A stretch of 56,482 bases of DNA from Ginsengibacter sp. (GTDB lineage Bacteria > Bacteroidota > Bacteroidia > Chitinophagales > Chitinophagaceae), in contig JBDTJI010000171.1 in NCBI GenBank assembly GCA_039935935.1, positions 1 to 56,482 of the forward strand, written 5' to 3'. The notes beneath the pieces are model-generated. The model had not been told where the DNA came from, searched no databases, and saw only the letters and a list, made by a program, of their open reading frames with translations. The translations under genes were made by a program, and so were the position numbers. This document shows, in pieces, positions 49,791 through 56,482 of this stretch; the first letter of the stretch is position 1, and each line of letters opens with the position of its first letter.

Positions 49791-50267
49791 ATGACATCTT
49801 CCTATTTTTCATACGATAAATCGAAAGTTCTAAAAGCACTTCGTTTTCATTTCTTCAGTAGAAAAGAAATAAAAATGATGATCATTGTGGTAAACTTATT
49901 TGCCATTTTTGCTGCTATACTTTATTTTACCGGTAAGGTATCTCCACTGGCTTTCTTGTTGAGCTCCACGCTGTGGTTTACATTAATGGTTGCTTTTTGG
50001 TTTGTCCTTCCTTACATTATTTACAGAAGGTCATCCACTTTTAAGGATCGGTTTAAAGTTGGTTTTGAAGAACAGCACCTGTTTCTTGAAAATGACCGTG
50101 GAAGCCGCAGTTGGCCGTGGAAGGATTTTAGCAGCTTTGTTGAAAGCGTGAATTTTTTTCATTTATATTTCAACAGCCGTGCTTTTTTTTTAATTCCCAA
50201 AAGTGCTTTTGACCGGTCAGACCTAAAAGATATCACGAACTTTTTAAAAGAGAAGATAAACCGCTGA
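49791..50267 (+). CDS. YcxB-family membrane protein
   Basis: Two TM helices then W..F..FVES..FFHLY.....FFLIPK.AF. Confidence 0.8.
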   Translation: MTSSYFSYDKSKVLKALRFHFFSRKEIKMMIIVVNLFAIFAAILYFTGKVSPLAFLLSSTLWFTLMVAFWFVLPYIIYRRSSTFKDRFKVGFEEQHLFLENDRGSRSWPWKDFSSFVESVNFFHLYFNSRAFFLIPKSAFDRSDLKDITNFLKEKINR

Positions 50268-50281
50268 TTTTTTGTGAACGA

Positions 50282-52513
50282 TTATTCAGTATCATATCTT
50301 TCTACCCGTTCAATACCTGGCAAACTCTGTAGATGGGCAACCAGTTCATCGAGCTCGTCTTTGTCGTGAACATATACCCTTACATTACCTTCAAACAAGC
50401 CTTCTTTGGCTTCAATGGTAAGAGCATTAATATTGATCTTTAATGTCCCACTAATGAGGTTGGTAATTTTATTGATGACTCCTACATCATCCAGACCAAT
50501 AATTTTGATACCTGTAAGAAAGGAAATCTCTTTATTTTTAACCCATTTTGTTTTTACTACCCTATGGCCATAGTTGGATAAAAGCCTTGCTGCATTGGGG
50601 CAATTGGTTCGATGTATTTTTAAACCTTCACCTTGTGTGATAAAACCGAATACATCATCGCCGGGGATTGGCTTGCAGCAATTGGCCAACGTATACATAA
50701 TTTTATCGCTGCTCTCACCAAAAATAATAAGTTCATTATCTTTCTTATTATCTTTTTTAGAAGCTGCTTCCTGTTTCTCTTCAACGGGTAACTTAATAAT
50801 CCTTGGCGCAGCAATTTTATCTCCCAATACATGGAAGTCTTTCAATTCACTAAGGTCTGTTTTCCTGATTGCAATATCATAAAGCAGATCGAGGGGAGAA
50901 TTCACTTTATAAAATGCCGCAATCTCGTCAAGGTTTGACTGGTTCACAGGAACCCCCATAGCGTCTAATTTTCTCTTCAAAATGCTTTTTCCTTCTTCAG
51001 CGATGGCTCTTTTTTCTTCTTTTAGGGAATCTTTAATCTTGGACTTAGCCTTGGTAGTTATTACCATTTTAAGCCATTCGGCTTTCGGTTTTTGTTTAGT
51101 AGAAGTTATAATCTCTACCTGGTCGCCGCTGCGTAATTTATGCCCTATTGGTACTAACTTATGGTTAACCTTGGCACCGATACATTTTTCACCAACCGCT
51201 GTGTGCACCGCAAAAGCAAAGTCCAGCGCCGATGCGCCGCTTGGCAACATTTTAATATCACCCTTGGGGGAATAAACATAAATTTCTTCTGCTAAAAATG
51301 ATAATTTAAAATCCTGTAAAAAATCAATAGAATTGGTGTCCTGTCCTGCCAGCATGTCTCTTATTTGCTGAAACCAAAGATCAAAACGATTTTCTTCTGT
51401 GGTGCCTTCCTTATATTTCCAATGAGCTGCAAGTCCTTTTTCAGCAATATCATTCATTCGCTTGCTGCGGATCTGAACTTCTACCCACTTACCATGTGGA
51501 CCCATCACTGTGGTATGCAACGCCTCATAACCATTATTTTTGGGGTTGCTCAGCCAGTCGCGGAGCCGTTCAGGAGCAGGATTGTACTCATCGGTAACCA
51601 AACTATATACCTTCCAGCAATCTTCCTTTTCATGTTCAGGGTTAGAATCGAGGATGATCCTGATAGCAAAGAGATCATATACTTCATCAAAAGAAACACC
51701 CTTATTTTTCATCTTGGTCCATATTGAATGGATACTTTTAGGTCTGCCGTAGATTTCAAAATTAAATTTGCCCTGGAGTAGTTTTTCTTTTAATGGTCTG
51801 ATGAAATCATTGATGTAACGGGTGCGTTCTCTTTTAGTATTAGCTAATTTTTCAGCAATATAATGATAGCTGTCCGGCTCCATGTATTTCATGGCCAGGT
51901 CTTCCATCTCGGTTTTTATATTGTAAAGGCCCATGCGATGTGCAAGGGGGGCATATACATAGACCGTTTCCGATGCAATTTTCAGTTGCTTCTCCCGCTT
52001 CATGCTATCTAACGTGCGCATGTTGTGCAGACGGTCCGCAAGTTTGATAAGTATAACTCTCGGATCATCGGTAAGAGTCAGCAAGATCTTTTTAAAATTC
52101 TCTGCCTGCTGCGACAGATTAGCATCAAGTACATTAGATATTTTGGTAAGGCCATCTACTATTTTGGCGATCTCGGATCCAAATTCTCTTTCTACCATTT
52201 CAAGACTAATGTCAGTATCTTCCACGGTATCATGTAGCAATGCACAAATAGTGCTGCGTATGCCAAGCCCGATTTCTTCTACACAAATCATCGCGACAGC
52301 CAGCGGATGCAGAATATACGGTTCGCCGCTTTTCCGCCGTGTAGTTTTATGTGCTTCAGCAGCCATTTCAAAAGCAACTCTCACCTGTTCTTTACTTCCT
52401 GGCTTTAATTTTGGTTTTAAAGCCCTTAGCAAAGCACGGTATTTACGAAGAATTTCTTTTTTTTCTTCTTCTTCGTTCATGGTATATTTTGGGATATCTA
52501 AGGCGGCTTCCAT
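50282..52513 (-). CDS. relA: Bifunctional (p)ppGpp synthetase/hydrolase (long RSH)
   Basis: RKSGEPYILHP, LHDTVED, KLADRLHNMRT, PK.NGY.ALHT, EVQIR, TGS and ACT domains. Confidence 0.95.
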   Translation of the reverse strand: MEAALDIPKYTMNEEEEKKEILRKYRALLRALKPKLKPGSKEQVRVAFEMAAEAHKTTRRKSGEPYILHPLAVAMICVEEIGLGIRSTICALLHDTVEDTDISLEMVEREFGSEIAKIVDGLTKISNVLDANLSQQAENFKKILLTLTDDPRVILIKLADRLHNMRTLDSMKREKQLKIASETVYVYAPLAHRMGLYNIKTEMEDLAMKYMEPDSYHYIAEKLANTKRERTRYINDFIRPLKEKLLQGKFNFEIYGRPKSIHSIWTKMKNKGVSFDEVYDLFAIRIILDSNPEHEKEDCWKVYSLVTDEYNPAPERLRDWLSNPKNNGYEALHTTVMGPHGKWVEVQIRSKRMNDIAEKGLAAHWKYKEGTTEENRFDLWFQQIRDMLAGQDTNSIDFLQDFKLSFLAEEIYVYSPKGDIKMLPSGASALDFAFAVHTAVGEKCIGAKVNHKLVPIGHKLRSGDQVEIITSTKQKPKAEWLKMVITTKAKSKIKDSLKEEKRAIAEEGKSILKRKLDAMGVPVNQSNLDEIAAFYKVNSPLDLLYDIAIRKTDLSELKDFHVLGDKIAAPRIIKLPVEEKQEAASKKDNKKDNELIIFGESSDKIMYTLANCCKPIPGDDVFGFITQGEGLKIHRTNCPNAARLLSNYGHRVVKTKWVKNKEISFLTGIKIIGLDDVGVINKITNLISGTLKININALTIEAKEGLFEGNVRVYVHDKDELDELVAHLQSLPGIERVERYDTE

Positions 52514-52777
52514 TTGCTACGAATTTACATAAGAATTAAATTTAAAAATTAAATTTAAAATCTCATTAATAATTCTGTCACTAATCAATAGAGGCTTCGC
52601 AATCTTTCAACTTATTTTTGAAAGAATAATATTAAGCATAACTTTTAAGCACAGCTAATTGAGATGAGGATCTCAGCGCAATTTAATTTTTATAAAAAAA
52701 CGAGTAGTCATTTACCAACTAAAAGGTTTAACCACACGAGAATGTAGTTGGTAAACGATCGCACTGCCAATAATTAC

Positions 52778-53467
52778 CTACGCCATCAGCAAAAAAATAA
52801 CCGGCTTTTTATGAAGGTCAATAGTTTCTTTCTTCCAGTCCGCGATAGTCTTTGATTTAATGTATTCGTTGACTCCTGTAATTTCCGCTGCAATACATAG
52901 ATGAGTAGAAGGATGGCAATGTTGCAAAAGAGTTTCCAACATTTTATTGTTTCGATAAGGAGTTTCTATAAATAGTTGGGTACATTTTTTTTTGAAAGAC
53001 TCTTCTTCTATTTGTTTTATCTTTTTTATTCTCTCCGCATTGTCTATAGGCAGATAACCCAAAAAAGTGAAATGTTGACCATTAAAGCCGCTTGCCATTA
53101 GCGCTAATAAAATAGAGCTGGGACCAACAAGAGGCCTTACTTCAATGTCCATTTTTTGGGCCTGATCAACCAGCACCTGTCCCGGATCTGCAATTCCAGG
53201 ACATCCTGCTTCGCTGATGACAGCAATATTTTTTCCTTCTTTTATTTTATTTATAAAAATATTTAAATGGTTTTGTTCTGTTTTATGAATCGTAAACCAT
53301 TCAAAATTGTCAATAATAATTTCCTTATCCATCGCCTTCAAAAATCGACGGGCAGTCCTTTCATTTTCGGCAAAAATTACCGAACAATTTTTTATAGCAG
53401 ATAGTACATACACAGGTATTGTTTCAATAGCATTTTCCGATAAAAAAGAGGGAATCAAAAATATCAT
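52778..53467 (-). CDS. RsmI-like tetrapyrrole-methylase-family SAM-dependent methyltransferase
   Basis: FAENERTARRFL, SEAGCPGIADPG, VGPSS, FIETPYRN. Start placed at MIFLIP. Confidence 0.87.
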   Translation of the reverse strand: MIFLIPSFLSENAIETIPVYVLSAIKNCSVIFAENERTARRFLKAMDKEIIIDNFEWFTIHKTEQNHLNIFINKIKEGKNIAVISEAGCPGIADPGQVLVDQAQKMDIEVRPLVGPSSILLALMASGFNGQHFTFLGYLPIDNAERIKKIKQIEEESFKKKCTQLFIETPYRNNKMLETLLQHCHPSTHLCIAAEITGVNEYIKSKTIADWKKETIDLHKKPVIFLLMA

Positions 53468-53490
53468 AATTGTGTTGAAGGTTTCTAAAA

Positions 53491-54243
53491 TTATCTTCTC
53501 TCCTGCAAACTCAATGTGGCAGCGATTACAGCATAACCCGGTGCGAGTATCCACCCTACAACGGGAAATAAGTGCATTCCATAAAATATTATTCCGTTTC
53601 CAATCGCAAGGCCTTTATTCCGGTTTATAAATTCAATACTTTGTGTTGTCGAAAGTCCTCTACGTTCGTTGGTATAATCCAGCATCGAAAATCCAAGGTA
53701 AAAACATTCTATCAGTAAAGAAAGCAAGGGAGCTGCCCAGCCAAGCAGTGGAATAAGACTCAAAAATAAGATACAAACCATATAAACCGTTTGCCATAGA
53801 GTGTTTCGCAAAGCTATCTGAATACCTCTTCCAATATCCTCGATAAACCTTCTCCACGAAAAAGGATAGCTACTGTTTGAAATAATAGATTCTGTTTTTT
53901 CACTTAAAAAAGCAAATAATGGAGATCCAATTATCAGAAACAGATATTTAAACCACGAAAAATAGAGTAGCATCATGATAAGTTGAAGGATCACCTGACC
54001 GAAAATAAAAGCAAAATTTAACCAGTATAAATTTTCCCGTTGAAACCAGGATTTTAAACCTGTTTTTGTCATTCCATAATCAATGATAAAAGCGGTAGAT
54101 TCCCAAAAAAAATAGATACCTGTTACAAAAAGCACTGCATAGATAACCCCGGGAATCAATATCCATTTCCACAATTTATTTTTTACGATAAAATGATGGG
54201 CTTTAAAATAGGAAGAAGCGGCTATTACGATTTCTTCAAACAA
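53491..54243 (-). CDS. EI24/CysZ-domain membrane protein
   Basis: SPLFAFLSEKTE, GFSMLDY..ERR. TTG start placed downstream of a TATATTTG box. Confidence 0.8.
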   Translation of the reverse strand: MFEEIVIAASSYFKAHHFIVKNKLWKWILIPGVIYAVLFVTGIYFFWESTAFIIDYGMTKTGLKSWFQRENLYWLNFAFIFGQVILQLIMMLLYFSWFKYLFLIIGSPLFAFLSEKTESIISNSSYPFSWRRFIEDIGRGIQIALRNTLWQTVYMVCILFLSLIPLLGWAAPLLSLLIECFYLGFSMLDYTNERRGLSTTQSIEFINRNKGLAIGNGIIFYGMHLFPVVGWILAPGYAVIAATLSLQERR

Positions 54244-54357
54244 TAATTTTTTATTTGCTTGGCTTAGTAAATGATGCGGACAAATATATTTACTTTGCCT
54301 GAATAGTTCGAAACATTTGAAATCGATCTTCAAAGTGTTCAAAAACTTATTTCAACT

Positions 54358-54963
54358 ATGAGAAAAGTATCATTATCCTTTTATGATAGAAGAGATGTTG
54401 TTTTAATTGCAAGAGAACTATTGGGGAAAATAATTGTTACCCATTTTGACGGACTAATTTCTTCAGGAAGAATTGTTGAGACAGAAGCTTACGTAGGCCT
54501 TGTTGATAAAGCTTCCCATTCATTTGCAGGAAAGAGGACCGCAAGAAATGAGCACATGTATTCATCGCCAGGCACAGCCTATGTCTATATTTGTTACGGA
54601 ATGCACCAAATGATGAATATTGTGACCAATAAACAAGAAATTCCCGATGCGGTATTAATTCGTGCTATAGAGCCATTAGAAGGAATTGATATCATGCTTA
54701 AAAGAAAAGGCAAAACACTACTGGACAGAACTCTAACCCGCGGCCCTGGAAACGTAGGAAAAGCCTTAGGGATTTTTAAGCATCATTCCGGCCTTTTTCT
54801 TTTGGATGATGAGATATATTTAAAAGATGATAATTATAAAATTGCAAGTGAAGCAATCAAAGTCAGCAAACGGATTGGCGTGGAAGGAGCGGGAGCAGAC
54901 AGTTTGCTGCCCTATCGTTTTTATATAAAAGGTAATCAGTATGTGAGTGGGAACAATAAGTGA
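54358..54963 (+). CDS. mpg: DNA-3-methyladenine glycosylase (AAG/MPG family)
   Basis: GRIVETEAY, AYVYICYGMH, AVLIRAIEP, GPG, RIGV. Confidence 0.93.
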   Translation: MRKVSLSFYDRRDVVLIARELLGKIIVTHFDGLISSGRIVETEAYVGLVDKASHSFAGKRTARNEHMYSSPGTAYVYICYGMHQMMNIVTNKQEIPDAVLIRAIEPLEGIDIMLKRKGKTLLDRTLTRGPGNVGKALGIFKHHSGLFLLDDEIYLKDDNYKIASEAIKVSKRIGVEGAGADSLLPYRFYIKGNQYVSGNNK

Positions 54964-55208
54964 AAATAGACTTGACATAAAACCAGAGGGTATTTTTTGG
55001 CTATTTTTTATTCAGCCAATCAACTACCTGGATGTAAAAAATACAGGCTTAGTGATTATCCTGGTGTACCTTTTTCTAAACTCATGAAAGCATTTAAATG
55101 TTCATACAGGTGTTGATTTAAATGAGGTGTCTATTAATTTTCGAATGGATTTCTCTCTAACATACCTTAAATTTGCAGCCTTAAATTAAAAATTAAAAAA
55201 TAATAGTT

Positions 55209-56219
55209 ATGAACACAGTAAAAGTAGCGATAAACGGTTTTGGCAGAATTGGCCGTTTAGTATTTAGGCAGATACATGATATGGAAGGTTTGGATGTAGT
55301 GGCGATAAATGATTTAACAAGTCCTAAACAGTTAGCGCATTTACTAAAATATGATAGTGCACAGGGAAGATTTGAAAGCGAAGTAAAACATACGGACAAT
55401 TCAATAATTGTAAACGGCAACGAAATAAAAATTTATGCTCAAAAAGATCCTGCGCAAATTCCGTGGGGATCTCACGATGTGGATGTAGTGATTGAAAGTA
55501 CCGGCTTTTTTGCTGATAAAGATAAAGCCCAGGCCCACATTAAGGCGGGTGCAAAAAGAGTGTTGATTTCCGCACCTGCGACTGGCGGCGTAAAAACAGT
55601 TGTTTTTAATGTCAATCATACGATTATTGATGGCAGCGAGACAATCATTTCATGTGCATCCTGCACCACGAACTGTCTTGCCCCGATGGCAAAAGTGTTG
55701 AATGATAGTTTTGGTATCGCCTCAGGTTTCATGACCACCATTCACGCTTATACCAACGATCAGAACACTTTGGATGCTCCTCATCCTAAAGGAGATTTAC
55801 GCAGAGCAAGAGCTGCCGCAGCCAACATCGTTCCAAACAGCACGGGCGCGGCAAAGGCCATTGGACTGGTATTGCCGGAAATAAACGGAAAACTTGACGG
55901 AGTAGCACAAAGAGTTCCAGTAATTGCTGGTTCATTGGTAGATCTTACTTGTATCTTAAATAAAAAGGTGACTATTGATGAAGTGAATGCTGCAATGAAA
56001 GCTGCCGCGGATGAGAGCTACGGGTATAACGAAGATGATATCGTAAGCACAGATATTATTGGCATGCACTACGGTTCGTTATTTGATTCTACTCAAACTA
56101 AAGTATTGACTGTAGGCGAGCATCAATTGGTAAAAACGGTAGCCTGGTACGACAATGAAATGAGTTATGTATCTCAGCTGGTACGTACCGTACACTACTT
56201 TGGCAAGCTAATTAAATAG
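55209..56219 (+). CDS. gap: Type I glyceraldehyde-3-phosphate dehydrogenase
   Basis: [31 protein letters not shown]; TAAATTTG promoter box at 55168-55175. Confidence 0.97.
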   Translation: MNTVKVAINGFGRIGRLVFRQIHDMEGLDVVAINDLTSPKQLAHLLKYDSAQGRFESEVKHTDNSIIVNGNEIKIYAQKDPAQIPWGSHDVDVVIESTGFFADKDKAQAHIKAGAKRVLISAPATGGVKTVVFNVNHTIIDGSETIISCASCTTNCLAPMAKVLNDSFGIASGFMTTIHAYTNDQNTLDAPHPKGDLRRARAAAANIVPNSTGAAKAIGLVLPEINGKLDGVAQRVPVIAGSLVDLTCILNKKVTIDEVNAAMKAAADESYGYNEDDIVSTDIIGMHYGSLFDSTQTKVLTVGEHQLVKTVAWYDNEMSYVSQLVRTVHYFGKLIK

Positions 56220-56294
56220 CCTGGTTAGTAGTAACAGATACGTCAGCTGATTTTGTAATTTATGTTTTGCTCAAACGATAATTAAATTAAAGAG

Positions 56295-56316
56295 TCTCCC
56301 CCAGCGGGAGATTTTT
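56295..56316 (+). terminator. Intrinsic terminator after gap
   Basis: TCTCCC-ccagc-GGGAGA followed by T5. Confidence 0.7.
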
Positions 56317-56410
56317 AATTAAACGAACACGCCCACATTTATCCATTTTTAGGAGAGCCAATCCCATTGAGATAGCAGACTCGTTTCTTGAATTTTAAAA
56401 AATAAAATTA

Positions 56411-56482
56411 TTACAATTTTTTCCTGAGGCCGGAAAGATAAGAATCTAATGCAGCAACCATGCTTGGTGTATGTGGCTTTGG
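56411..56482 (-). CDS. C-terminal end of a gene entering from the right edge, possibly uroporphyrinogen-III synthase
   Basis: Minus strand reads PKPHTPSMVAALDSYLSGLRKKL*, resembling the P..PSM..AL..YL end of Bacteroidota HemD. Only 24 codons are visible. Confidence 0.45.
   Translation of the reverse strand, partial: PKPHTPSMVAALDSYLSGLRKKL

Overview
AT-rich chromosomal window from a Bacteroidota genome, most like Chitinophagaceae. This assignment rests on TAnnTTTG -7 promoter boxes, the signal-peptide-bearing AtpB and the gene content. The right two-thirds is largely housekeeping: atpBEFH without atpAG, surA-like PPIase, rimP-nusA-infB, tRNA-Arg(CCT), yidD, rlmD, metF, relA/spoT, mpg and gap. 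The left third (about 1.4-18.8 kb, after uvrB) looks accessory and holds the most interesting items. (1) A stand-alone 909-aa fusion of a RelE/ParE-like N-terminal domain, an intact SF1 (UvrD-type) helicase, TPR/ankyrin repeats and a possible winged helix, which is a candidate single-gene defence or RNA-surveillance system. (2) An atypical two-subunit cbb3-like (C-family) heme-copper oxidase operon with no CcoP, a diheme subunit II, altered active-site-region residues, a small CxxC membrane protein and a group III truncated hemoglobin. It lies under an 18-bp perfect palindrome and near a 3-Cys Rrf2 regulator, suggesting an NO/O2-stress module. Also seen are a DUF488 gene broken at a T9A8 slippery tract, an AhpD-like protein with CxxC changed to CxxF, and an eroded thioredoxin pseudogene. 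No CRISPR array, rRNA, integrase or transposase was recognised. All family calls come from motif recognition by eye, not from database searches.
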